64,000 bases of DNA from Octopus vulgaris (GCA_951406725.2 OX597817.1:109616001-109680000); one strand, 5' to 3'; positions 11,930 to 25,141 are shown, counted from the first letter of the stretch. Numbers and translations are program-made. Notes: generated from the sequence alone by a model not told the origin.

Positions 11930-12314
11930 GAGGCGCAATGGCCCAGTGGTTAAGGCAGCGGACTCGAGGTCATAGGATCGCGGTTTTGATTCCCAGACCG
12001 GGCGTTGTGAGTGTTTATTGAGCGAAAACACCTAAAGCTCCACGAGGCTCCGGCAGGGGATGGTGGTGATCCCTGCTGTACTCTTTCACCACAACTTTCT
12101 CTCACTCTTACTTCCTGTTTCTGTTGTACCTGTATTTCAAAGGGCCGGCCTTGTCGCTCTCTGTGTCACGCTGAATATCCCCGAGAACTACGTTAAGGGT
12201 ACACGTGTCTGTGGAGTGCTCAGCCACTTACACGTTAATTTCACGAGCAGGCTGTTCCGTTGATTCGGATCAACCGGAACCCTCGCCGTCGTAACCGACG
12301 GAGTGCTTCCAAAA
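11930..12314 (+). mobile_element. Full-length tRNA-derived SINE type 3 with 12-bp TSD
   Basis: Head gaggcgcaatggcccagtggttaaggcagcggactc..ggttttgattccc; TSD atttagtctgtg at 11918-11929 and 12315-12326; paralog at 40463-40840. Confidence 0.92.
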
Positions 12315-12635
12315 ATTTAGTCTGTGCTTTTAGTCACACATACACAAATGGAAATTCATAACTACTTTAATGCATTTCTACGTATGTTTCCACAAAGCAC
12401 ATGTTTTTTTGTTGTGCTTTATGGAGACGTAAGTAGGTACATAGCAATGCATTAAAGGATTTATGAATTTCCATCCAAATGTGTTTCGTTATTACTATAT
12501 TTATACTACGCTATAGCGTAATCAGACTAATAACTATCCCATAGATCTACTCTGGAAGATAGAAATAATAAGCAGTAGACGGAATAAATACCATAGAAGC
12601 TTTTTATGAGCATACTGAAAAACGTATTACATAAT

Positions 12636-12761
<126 letters not shown>

Positions 12762-12780
12762 GGAGAGAGAGAGACAACTG

Positions 12781-13060
12781 TCTTTATTGGCCACATAGGG
12801 CTGAACAAATACAGGGGACAAATACAAATGTAGAGCTTTTCAAATATGGAAAAAGAAAAAGGAAAAAAACAGGAAACAACTGTAAAATTCCGATCAAAAG
12901 GGATCGGAAAATAAAAGACGATCAAAAGGGATCGTATATCACAGAAAGAATTTTTTAAAGTAAGAAACAAGATTGGGTTCATCCGTGGAAAGAAAAACCT
13001 ACAGAAAAGACCACAGTAACCTCTGGCAGGGAGGAAATAAACACATGAGAGCAAAGTGCT
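12781..13060 (-). mobile_element. Probable LINE 3' UTR fragment whose terminus matches SINE type 1 tail A
   Basis: Minus strand ends tttgtcccctgtatttgttcagccctatgtggccaataaaga, compared with SINE tail tttgtcccctctatgtttcgccccctgtggccaataaa (63423-63461). No tRNA head upstream. Confidence 0.55.
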
Positions 13061-13524
13061 CTCTCTCTCTCTCTCTCTTCCTTTACGATTTAAAGGATCA
13101 TGCTCTAAGTGGTTTCGTCACTTGCACGTACCATCTTTGCTACATTCACCTACCTTTTTTTGAAACTTTCACGAAACAAAACCTGCCTCTCCATTCTCAC
13201 ACCATTGACTGTGAGATATACTCATACATCGCTGGTTAGAATACGCTTCCACGCTTTGCTGGAGCTTTCGAATAATGCTCTGCTGCTGGCTAGTCAGGCA
13301 GGCTAACGTTCCCCCTAAACGGAACATCAGTTCGACGCAGGTTTACCTGCTTACAGTTGAGTGGACTGCAGCAAAACACCTCTCAAGCAAACAAAACACA
13401 GCTTTTCTCTGGGAATCGAAACCACGATTTTGCGTGCAACAAACTAGCCACTAGAACACGCGCGTGTGTGTACATATATATTCATATATGCATGTGTGTG
13501 TGTGCGTATATATATATACATATA

Positions 13525-13560
<36 letters not shown>

Positions 13561-13599
13561 TGTATGTATGTATGTATGTATGTATGTATATCTTTTATC

Positions 13600-13821
13600 T
13601 ATAACTTGTTTCAGTCATTAGACTGCAAACAAGGTGGGGCACCGCCTGGAAGATTTATTTTTTTTTAGTCGAATTAATCGACCCCAGTACTTATGTTTAT
13701 TTAAAGCCTGGTACTTATTTTATCGTTCCCTTTTGCCGAATCGCTATTTTTAGGGGAACATAAACACAATACCGGTTGTCAAGCGGTGGTAGGAGGACAA
13801 ACACAGACACAAAAAACACAC

Positions 13822-13870
<49 letters not shown>

Positions 13871-14035
13871 GACGTGCTTCCTACAGTTTCCGTCTTCTAA
13901 ATCCACAAATCCACTCACAAGGCTTTGGTCGGCTCGTAACTATAGTAGAAGATATTTGCCCAAGGTGCTTCGCAGTGGGGGTAAATGTGGCACCGGATAG
14001 TTGGGAAGCAAACTTCTTACCGCAGAGCCACACAT
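13600..14035 (-). mobile_element. SINE type 2, diverged
   Basis: Aligns by eye with 8838-9241 (gtttcagtcatt.gactgc, ttttgccgaa, ccactcacaaggctttggtc, ttgcccaaggtg). Confidence 0.82.
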
Positions 14036-14066
14036 GCACATAGATAGATAGACAGACAGACAGACC

Positions 14067-14144
<78 letters not shown>

Positions 14145-14769
14145 AGCAGGAACCGTCATGTTTGGAACACCTTTGGTAATACTTCTGATCAATTAGGACT
14201 GACCTGGTATTCAACATCAACCATTTCTCAATCCATTTATCACAACATCCGTCAAGGATTAATTCACTCTGATGGCTGTTACTATCACCGCCCTATCAAT
14301 CTCCACCCCGTCTCTATCTCTCTATCTATTTATCAATCTATCTATCTATCGCTATTTCTCTATATCTTACAGTTTTCTACCCGTCTGTTTTCTATCTGTC
14401 GCTAATATGCGTTAAATTAATCTATATCAACTATCAGCAATGCTGCTAACAACACTGCTACAAATCTAGTCTAAGCTAACTACTTCACAACTTTGACCCT
14501 GTTTTTCTTCCTTTTCTCTTTCTTTTCTTTCTTTTTTCGTTCTTATTTTTTTCATTCTCACTTGATGCTGCTTGTTGCTACGAAGAACAAATTATACATT
14601 ACAAATTCATTTACATCCGCTCAGTTTTCGCTTTTCTATCTTTCTTCAAGACTCAGTTTTCATCGATATGAAATTTCAATGGGGGCCTGCATGTAGCTCT
14701 TATGTTATTCTGTCACTTAATTTTCTCTTTTGTTATTAGGGAGGGATCTTTCTGCTAACACACACACAC

Positions 14770-14800
<31 letters not shown>

Positions 14801-14909
14801 TGTATGTATGTATGTATGTATGTATGTATGTATGTATGTATGTATGTATGCATGTATGCATGTATGTATTATGTATGTGTGTGTTTGTAGACACATAGAC
14901 ACACGCACA

Positions 14910-15375
14910 CACTACTTGACTGGTATTTATTTCATCGACCCCGAAAGAATAAAGGGCAAAGTTGACTGTCGGCTTCTGCAGCATTCGAAAGCCAAAAGTA
15001 ATGGAATAATAATAATGATAACCCTTTCTACGATAGGCACAAGGCCTGAAATTATATCGACCCAGTGTCTCTCTGGTACTTAACTTATCGACTCCGAAAG
15101 GTTGAAAGGCAAATTTGACCTCGGCGGAATTTGAACTCAGAACCTTAAGACGGGTGAAATGCCGCTAAGCGCTTTAATATCAATAATAGTAATGATTTCA
15201 AATTTTGGTACAAGGGCAGCAATTTCGATCCCAGTACATAACCGGTACTTATCTTATCGAAAGGATGAAAGGCAAAGTCGACCTCGGAGGAATTTGAACT
15301 CAGAACGTAGTGACGGGTGAATCATTGTGAACATAGAAAGTTCGGGGTGCTAACGATTCTGTCAGCTGACCGTCT
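14910..15375 (-). mobile_element. Array of about 3 partial SINE type 1 copies
   Basis: Repeated aaaggcaaagtcgacctcggcggaatttgaactcagaac-like blocks at ~14950, ~15105 and ~15268. Confidence 0.8.
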
Positions 15376-15668
15376 TAAATAAAAACAACAACAATGACAA
15401 TTTCTTTTATCAGCCACAGGGACATAATGTACGGTGGGTATAGAGGTGATACGCACACTGAGTCATTTGGCTACCGGTTTATAAAAAATGCTATCTTTTC
15501 GACAGACTAGACAACGGTACCTAGCTATGTGATATAAGTATTCAATGTAGTAGGTGTTGTACTTATATCTTTTGTCTGTGAAACATTCGAGTTACCATTC
15601 CAAAACAGGAGTATCTCTCCTTATTGCATTATGTCCCTGCATTTGCTGGAGATGTTTATCATCATTGT

Positions 15669-15731
<63 letters not shown>

Positions 15732-16098
15732 ATGTATATAGAACAATCTTAATATATATATATATATATATATATACTTTATTTAAAGCAGCAGAAAATT
15801 CAACAAAACCTGTTACTCTGAGTTTCACGTTAAACTCAGAGTAACAGGTTTTGTTGAATTTTCTGCTGCTTTTAAATAAAGGATATTACTCTACCACTGG
15901 TATTTGAGTACTCTTTTTTCCACCTTGTTTCACATTTATGTGTTTGCTCCGGTATATATATGTATATATATATATATAAGGGTGCAGGCCTTTTGCCTTT
16001 TTGGTTTGAATTTTACCTCTTTGGTTTTAATTGCTATAGCCACATATATTATAATGTATTTAATATATCATAACATATTCATTTACTATTATATCACA

Positions 16099-16158
<60 letters not shown>

Positions 16159-16418
16159 GACTTATATTACGGTAAATCTATTACAAGAGACTTGCCGTAA
16201 TATGCGGTAAGTCTCTTGTAATATTTAAATCTGGCGGAGCACTGAGCCCGTCCCTCATCCAGTTTGATCATAGTGAATTTCTTTTACTAGACACAGAAAG
16301 AAAGAAATCATCTCAAGTACGAGACTGATTTTTTAATTAACGATATGCGAACTCAGAACGCAAAGTCGGATTCCTACTCTCAAACCACCCGGCCTATTTG
16401 CCTGATATACACGCTACA

Positions 16419-16474
<56 letters not shown>

Positions 16475-16494
16475 TTGGTTGAAAGATCGATCAA

Positions 16495-16702
<208 letters not shown>

Positions 16703-16944
16703 GAAGGTTTTAGATAGTGTAAAAAAAAAAAAATTCTGAGACACGTGCGTCAGTGACAAGCTATAAGTATGACAACACAGTTGTAGAATCAGAAGTAAAG
16801 AAACGCATAAAAACATCTGCATACAAGAAAATTGTATTTGCAAAGCTTTGCGATAGGAGGAGAAAAGCGCACTTAAGTTGCGCTAATCGAAATAGAGCTC
16901 TAGCAACAGCAGTAACAGCAACAACTGTCACAAGAGAATGATCC

Positions 16945-17168
16945 TTCACGTGGTCACCCGCCTGCTAGAAGCAGCAGCCAAATATATCCCCCAAATCATA
17001 ACCTACAGTTAAAACATATCGTCACACACATGCACACTGGATGTATTCCTAGATGGACTGAATGAGGAAAAGAAAGCGTGAAACAGGATGTCCACGGCTG
17101 GAAAAGCATTTGGCCATAGCTCTGCTTGATTAGAGATGTCCTGGGGCTAAACAAGTACGGCAACAACA
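16945..17168 (+). mobile_element. Old interspersed repeat (ctagaaatagcagccaaat...ggctggaatgc...ctggggctaaacaacaac family)
   Basis: Diverged copies on + at ~11625-11810, 21150-21415, 22000-22150 and 60805-60995, and on - at ~9780-9870, 26175-26375, 28915-29100, 36405-36575 and 48450-48620. The (CAA)n-like end suggests a retroposon. Confidence 0.6.
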
Positions 17169-17817
17169 TCAGTAAGACGACAAGGAAACGTAAGCGAGAT
17201 GGAGAAGTAGTAGAAGAGAATCGTTCAGTTTTCTCTGTAGTCTCTTCTTTATTGTTCTCGTCATTTGTTTCTCTACTTCTTTCACTCTATCTTATTGTCA
17301 ATAAAACTGCACACATACACATATACAGACTGCGCAAGACAAGAAACGAGAGCCTACACATACCGACAATGCATAGTTTACGCTCACTTGCTCCCTACAT
17401 GTCAATGTGTTTACAAATATGATAGCAGTAAGTGAATGACAAAGCGTTTATTAGTAGTCGCTTGTTATTTAAGAATAAGGATAGCAACTAGTTGGTTTTA
17501 ACGACATAGCCACTCACAACTGAACTGTTTTTATTTCCCCCAAAATTTGATTTGGCATAGTGTATTGGAGTTATCTCCCTTATGTTCCCCCATCACCGAC
17601 CCGCTTTTTTTTTTTTGTTACTACAGACATCCCTAGAGGGAATTTATTCTCTTCTAGCAATGTAGATAATCTTCCTTAATTGAAACGTGCGCGCCTGTGT
17701 TTTCTCAACTATATTTCTTATGAGAAGCCACACCGTACTTACTAAGATATTTTTGAAACATTTTACTACTGAGATTACGTTCTTAACTCAACGAGTTGCA
17801 AAACTCTTCTGCTCCAT

Positions 17818-17865
<48 letters not shown>

Positions 17866-18307
17866 CACTGTAAGACCATAGAGGTACGTTAACAGCATTG
17901 CTGATGGTTGATACAGATTAATTTATGTGCCTTTAAGAACAAAGAGGTACTTAACTAAATACTATGATAATATCGTGATTATTGAGTTACAAAAACATAC
18001 CTAGTTCAGCTTAGCATTTCATCCTTCTTGGGTCTCTCTTCTCCCAAATTTGAAGCATTATCCCTATATCAGAAATCATTATTTATGGCAGAATCGTTAG
18101 CGCATCGGTAAAAATTCTTTGCGGCATTCATCCCGGCACTTTACGTTCTGGGTTCAAATCCTGCCAAAATCAACTTAGCCTCTCGTCTTTCTGAGATCAA
18201 TAAAACAAATAGCAGTGAATTACTGGTATTGGTTTAATCGACTGGACCATTTCTCCCTCACCATCAGACACTCAGAATTTCTGGTCTTGTGCCTACCTTT
18301 TATTTTT

Positions 18308-18745
18308 TTTACTTGATTCAGTCATTAGACTGCGGTCATGCTGGAGCTCCACCTTGAAAGGTTTAGTCGAACGGATTAATCCCAGTAGGGTTTTGTTTGT
18401 TTTTTATTTCTTATTTTAATCCGTTACATATTGTATTGGTGCGTTACTGCTGAATTGCTAGGTTACTGAGAGGTAAAGAAACCAACACCGGTTATCAAGA
18501 GGTGAGAGACAAGCACAAATAAAAAACGCACACACACACACATACACACACACGCACACACACACACACACACACACGCACACACACACACATATATATA
18601 TATATACACGGCGGACTTCTTTCAGTTTGCGTCTACCAAATCCACTCGCAAGGCTTTGGTCGACCCGTCGTTATAGAATAGTAGAAGGCTCTTGCCCAAG
18701 GTGCATGGCAGTGGAACCGAACCCAGAACCATGTGGTTGGGAAGC
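18308..18745 (-). mobile_element. SINE type 2
   Basis: Tail ttcagtcattagactgcggtcatgctggagctccacc, internal (CA)n, and head segment ccactcgcaaggctttggtc..cttgcccaaggtg. Confidence 0.85.
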
Positions 18746-18871
18746 AACCACATGGTTGCTTCACCGGATCTCCATAGCCAATGGCTGTATATAGAAAACC
18801 CAAAATTCAGTAGAATTTTTGTAATTAAATATTATTAAAATATTTATTGCACATAAATTTTAACAACAAAC

Positions 18872-19031
18872 TAGGCACAGGCGTGATTGTGTGGTAAGAA
18901 GCTTGCTTCCTAACCACATGGTTCCGGGTTCAGTCCCACTGCGTAGCACCTCGGGCAAGTGTCTTCTAATATTGGCTGGGGCAGACCAAAGCCTTGTGAG
19001 TTAAATTGGTAGACGGAAGCCGATAGAAGCT

Positions 19032-19070
<39 letters not shown>

Positions 19071-19280
19071 CTGTGTATGTGTCTGTGTCTGTGCCTGTGT
19101 TTACCGCCCACCATCTTTAGATAACTGATGCTGGTGTATTTACGTCCCTGTAACTTAGCAGTTCGACAAAAGTACTAGGCTTACATAAAATAAGTCCAGG
19201 GGTCGATTTCTTCGACTAAAAATCCTTTGAGGCAGTGCTCCAGCATGGCCACAGTCAAATGACTGAAACAAATAAAAGAA
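18872..19280 (+). mobile_element. SINE type 2, full length
   Basis: Head aggcacaggcgtgattgtgtggtaagaagc..ggttccgggttcagtccc; tail ggcagtgctccagcatggccacagtcaaatgactgaaacaaataaaag. Confidence 0.9.
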
Positions 19281-19596
19281 TATGGACCTCGGTTGACAAC
19301 CACTGATGTAAACGTTTATGAACTTTTAAAGTATATAATAAAAACAAAACAAAAAAATCTATTTGGAGAAAGCTATACCCTCCAGGCCATCTGAGTTAGC
19401 GAAGTGATTTCGATTCGCGCTTGCAGCCAATGCACTTTAGTTCAGCAGTCAACCGTTCGCGGGGAGTGTGTGAAAGTCACCACATTTTATAACACCCATT
19501 CTCTCTCTCTATCTCTCTAATAAATGATAGTCCATTTGCTTTGTCAAATAGGAAATCATTATTGTGATGTAGCAGTACTATCATCATCATTTTCAT

Positions 19597-19647
<51 letters not shown>

Positions 19648-19717
19648 AAAAAGAAGAAGAAGAAGAAGAAGAAGAAGAAGAAGAAGAAGAAGAAGAAGAA
19701 GAAGAAGAAGAAGAAGA
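19597..19717. repeat. (TAG)n followed by (GAA)n microsatellite
   Basis: Direct reading of the sequence. Confidence 0.95.
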
Positions 19718-20359
19718 AACAAAAAGACCACCTTCATTGCAATGTAGTTATTCCAACCACCACCATCATGATCATCATCGTCATCAGCAACATCGTTATC
19801 ATCATCATCACCTGTATCAACGAACCAGAGACAGGGGCCTTCATGCAGTTACTCGGTCAAGAAATAGCAGCTAATTCTAGATACAGACAATACACACACA
19901 CACGCACACACACACACAAATCTATATAGATATATATGTCTATGTATATATGTATAAATTATTTAGTATGTACGAGCGTATGTGTCAATCTGTCTGTTTG
20001 TGTGCGTATATTAGTATCTGTCTATCTGTGAACAGGATGCGCTACATGATGCTTTTGAGATCATGTAGTGTTAACAGCATATTGCATTGCCAGGTGAAAA
20101 CTAGCCACCACCCTTATCAAGCACTAAGCTTCATTAACCAACTAACGAGTTCTATTAAATTTATTAAACGCAAGCACACTCATTCACATAGTATTTCACA
20201 CAATGAACATATGAAACTTATTCTGAAGTGATGTATTATCTTATTTTTGTGCGTGTCGACGTTGCGACTGATGCTTATGCAGATAGACGTGCAAGCGTGT
20301 CTTAGCATGTGTGTATTGTGTGTATGGGGGGGGGAGGGGCGCGTGTGTGTGTGTGATTA

Positions 20360-20566
20360 AAGGATGGTAGATTTGCAGTATCAATTAGAGCCCTACGATA
20401 TTTGTTCCGATCCTCACATCCTGAGTTCAAATACCGCCGAGGTCGTCTCTGATTGTCATCGTTTCGGGACCAATAAAACAAAAATACCTGTTGAGCACTG
20501 GGGTTCATGTATTTGACTTGTTACCTCCTCTAAAAATTTCAGGCCTTGTGCCTATAGTACAAAGGA

Positions 20567-20634
<68 letters not shown>

Positions 20635-21050
20635 ATGCGGCGAGCAAGCAAAACCGTTAGCACGCCGGGCGAAATACTTAATGGTATTTCGTCTGTCACT
20701 ACGTTCTGTGTACAAATTCCACCGAGGTCGACTTTGCCTTTCATCCTTTCGGGGTCGATAAATTAAGTGCCACACTGAAACACTGGGGGTCGATGTAATG
20801 GACTAGTCCCCTCCCCACAAATTTCAGGCCTTGTACCTATAATAGAAAGGATTATCATTATTATTGTTATTACCAATGCGGCGAGTTAGCAGCATCTTTA
20901 GCGCGTCGGACAAAATGTGTAGTGGCTTTTGTTCCGGCTTTTACTGTCTGAGCTCGAATCCCACAGAGGCTGCCAGAGGGTTCGATATTATAAAGCACCT
21001 GTCAAGCGTTGGGAGCGATAGCATCGACTCACTGTTTCATTCAAAATTAT
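20360..21050 (+). mobile_element. Three tandem SINE type 1 copies separated by (ATT)n
   Basis: Copies at ~20360-20570, 20636-20855 and 20876-21050; ttaccaatgcggcgag occurs at two of the junctions. Confidence 0.8.
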
Positions 21051-21228
21051 TACTCTTATAGTTTTTACATTACTACTATTTACAAATTACAATTAATGAC
21101 TAATTAAACAATTTGTAAAATACATATTGTTATTGCGAGCATCTACATAGCTGCACGATCTGCTAGTGATAACAACTGAATTTCCATTAACTCAAACTAT
21201 ACTGTTTTTTTTTGTATGTGTGTGTATA

Positions 21229-21296
<68 letters not shown>

Positions 21297-21601
21297 AAAA
21301 TGTTGTGCTAGGTTTCTGTTACATAGGAAAAAGGACGAACTGGTTGCGGCTGGAATGCTTTTGATCATAAATTTTCTTGATCAGGATTAACCTTGGGCTA
21401 AACATCTACAACAACCGAATATATACGAATTTATTACGGTTTTGTTCGCTTTCGATTGTCTGAATCATACAGGAAGCATTCTAGTGTACTCAGTTTTACT
21501 GGGTTTATAATACTCGCTTTGTAATTGCCCTTGAGGTAAATACATAAAAATAATTCCATCGTTACCAGCAGCGTCTTCTATAATAATTTGTTTTATATAC
21601 A

Positions 21602-21637
<36 letters not shown>

Positions 21638-21651
21638 TACACGCACACACA

Positions 21652-21740
<89 letters not shown>

Positions 21741-21852
21741 TTGTTAATTGACTACGACGGAGTAAAATACTTGGCAAAAGTAATAGCTAAGTCAACATTT
21801 TAGAAGTTAAAATTCAAAAGTTGCTGAATATCTTCTGCTGCTGCTGCTGCTT

Positions 21853-21885
<33 letters not shown>

Positions 21886-22489
21886 TTAGCTGTACTAGTT
21901 GCAGCAACAATAACAACAGTAACACGTAACAGCAACGCACATGACTTGAAAACACGCGAATGCAGCAAAGAGGGCAGCGCTCTTACGCTGTCTCTTAACT
22001 TGCTAGAAACAGCTGCTAAATCTACTTCCAAAACATAGCGTATCGTCTTAAGAATTAATAGTAAAAAATGAATGATATATTTGTTGATGTATGTTAACCC
22101 AATAAACAGTATGGTTACAATTGAAACGTATTTTATCATAGATTTAACTAGGTCTAAATAACTACAATAGCAATAGACTCAAACCAAAACATTGAATGCA
22201 GAGTGCGCGAAAAAAGCATACAGAGTAAAATTTCTCTAAGGAAACAATTTGTTTGACAAGAAAAGATTAATAAAGCGTGACATGGGGAATAGTTGTAAGA
22301 GAGACATATAATGCGTGATGTTATTACAAGACATGCAATTCTTCTTTCAATAAGACAAGCGAACAGAAAATAAGACACAGAAAGATATTGAAAAAAAAAA
22401 TTAAATAAAAAGTCATCAGCGTAGTTAATAACAATAACCAGTTATTTGAAGACTTGGAAGGTTTTCCGCTCTCTCTCTCTCTCTCACAC

Positions 22490-22527
<38 letters not shown>

Positions 22528-22846
22528 TTTCTCCCTCTCTTTCTGTCTGACTGCGCACTGTCATCTTTGGGGTACGACGCATGCATCCGGTATGAAAATT
22601 CTCTCCACACCTAACGATACCTTCCACAAGTAACCGCCACCCACACTTCATTTATGTTTCGAGTCTCTCTCTCTCTCCGTCTTCGTGCTATTACGCGGGC
22701 GTTATTAATGTTTTCGATTCCATTCTTACATAGTGAAACGTAGTGAGATAGACAGAACGAAAAAGAAAAAAAAAAAGAACAGAAGAGACAGATAAACAAA
22801 AAGAGAGATAAACTCATTCATAGCAGACGACTATAAAACGAACACA

Positions 22847-23259
22847 ATACATACATACATACATACATACATACATACATACATACATACATACATACAT
22901 ACATACATACATACATACATACATACATACATACATACATACATACATACATACATACATACATACATACATACATACATACATACATACATACATACAT
23001 ACATACATACATACATACATACATACATACATACATACATACATACATACATACATACATACATACATACATACATACATACATACATACATACATACAT
23101 ACATACATACATACATACATACATACATACATACATACATACATACATACATGCATACATACATACATACATACATACATACATACATACATACATACAT
23201 ACATACATACATACATACATACATACATACATACATACATACATACATACATACATACA

Positions 23260-23290
<31 letters not shown>

Positions 23291-23336
23291 CATACATACA
23301 TACATACATACATACATACATACATACATACATACA

Positions 23337-23372
<36 letters not shown>

Positions 23373-23483
23373 TATATATACACACATACATACATACATA
23401 CATACATACATACATACATACATACATACATACATACATACATACATACATACATACATACATACATACATACATACATACAT
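22847..23483. repeat. Very long (CATA)n microsatellite (~640 bp)
   Basis: Direct reading, with a few interruptions. Confidence 0.97.
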
Positions 23484-24356
23484 GCATATGCATAAAACAA
23501 AACAAAATAAGCTGAACATAGCCAACAAATATAAAGTCTAATAAATGAAAGAAAAAAGAAAAGTAATTAATTCCAAATGTTTGTAGGCGGGCTTAAAATC
23601 TGTAAAATATAATTTTTTTTTTAAAAAAGGCATATTATTTGTAGTATTTATTAAATGACAGAAGTGCAATGGTTGACATATAGTATAGAAAAAACAAAAA
23701 GAATACTTCTTCATTGCGGCTTTCGCTTCAGCGACTTGACCCACCAGCATCACAAAGACTTGTAGTGCGTGTTGCTGCCGCTGATGCTGTTGCTGCCGCT
23801 GATGCTGTTGCTGCATATTTTATTGTATTAAATTTTATATTTTATTTTATTCTTACTTCTAAATAAGCTTCTGATTACAGGCGCTGTTGTTGTTGTTCTC
23901 TTAGCTTTCGTTATTGCTGTTGTTGTTCTTCAGTACCGTTTTCTTCTTCATCTGTTTAATTAACGCGAACACAGCCGCATCACTGAGCTATAAAGTGTCT
24001 GGGGAAATAATTTAAGCAACTGGGAGGTACCTACCTACGCCGTCACCACCGCCATCCCGTTGAGTGACACGAAAAGAGACAAAGAGATAGTGCGCGAGAG
24101 AGAGAGAGAGACAGACAGAGACAGAGAGAGGAAGCTAGAGGGTATAGGGGAAAGAGGGAGAGAGAAAGAGAGTGCAGTTACACACACAAACACACACACA
24201 CATATCCATCTACCCACCCCAGAAACCAAATAGAAAAAAAAAACGGAGAAAATAAAACTGCAACAACTACAGTGACAACCACAGCACCAGCAACAGCAGC
24301 AGCAGCAGCAGCAACAGCAATGACACAACAGCTGCCTACAACAATAACAAAATAGC

Positions 24357-24393
<37 letters not shown>

Positions 24394-24692
24394 TATATAT
24401 ATATATAGCCGGCGGAAAAAAATAAAAACAAAACATTTCGGCATTTTCAATACTTTTGTGGATTACTTGTCTCAATTACACAGATAAGAGAGACGTGTCA
24501 CACTGTCCTTCTCATCTGGACAGAAAGAAAACCTTCCTTCCCGGATTATCATCATTATTAGTATTATTATTATTATTTGCCGCGTCGCCATCGGTGTTGC
24601 GTTTTAAGTTTTTATTTTGTTTTACCTCTTACTACATACAAAAACATTGTTTCTTCTCTTACGTTGATTCGTTGTGGATATATTTATGAAAC

Positions 24693-24788
24693 ATGAATTA
24701 CGGACACACAGCGTCAACCTCGGTACCTATAAAATCACCAAGCAGTTCAAAATCAAAAAGTCAAACACAATCACCAGTTGATCTTGAG
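24693..24788 (+). CDS. Candidate first coding exon of an unidentified host gene (32 aa MNYGHTASTSVPIKSPSSSKSKSQTQSPVDLE, phase-0 donor)
   Basis: aaacATG context, 96 nt of non-repetitive Ser/Lys/Pro-rich coding, then a strong donor GAG|GTAGGT exactly at a codon boundary. It is preceded by UTR-like unique sequence. No downstream exon was identified. Confidence 0.45.
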
Positions 24789-25041
24789 GTAGGTTTTATA
24801 TGTATATATATATGTATATATATATATATTTATATATACAGTTTTCATGAATTGTCAAGTTTCTTTTCCTTCTATACCCCACGCAAACATAACTAAACTA
24901 TACCACACGACACTGCCTAGATTCCACGCATGCACGCAAAACACAAACACATCATGCATGCTTCTATGTATCTATACATCAGTGAATGTTCGTGTGTGTG
25001 TGTGCATATATATCTATGGGTGCGCATCTGTATCTATATGC

Positions 25042-25094
<53 letters not shown>

Positions 25095-25141
25095 GGTGCA
25101 CCTGAGCACTATACAATAATTTCATTATATTACATTATATC

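Noticed and set aside
11930-12005. tRNA-like sequences (also at ~9170-9241, 18872-18945, 25426-25500, 40463-40540, 63250-63340)
   Set aside because: They have Pol III A/B boxes but are heads of multi-copy SINEs (several with TSDs) and lack a clean cloverleaf; not tRNA genes.
23538-23816. Poly-Q ORF MQQQHQRQQQHQRQQH
   Set aside because: It arises from an 18-bp tandem duplication in a CTG-rich tract; the remainder is AT-rich and non-coding-like.
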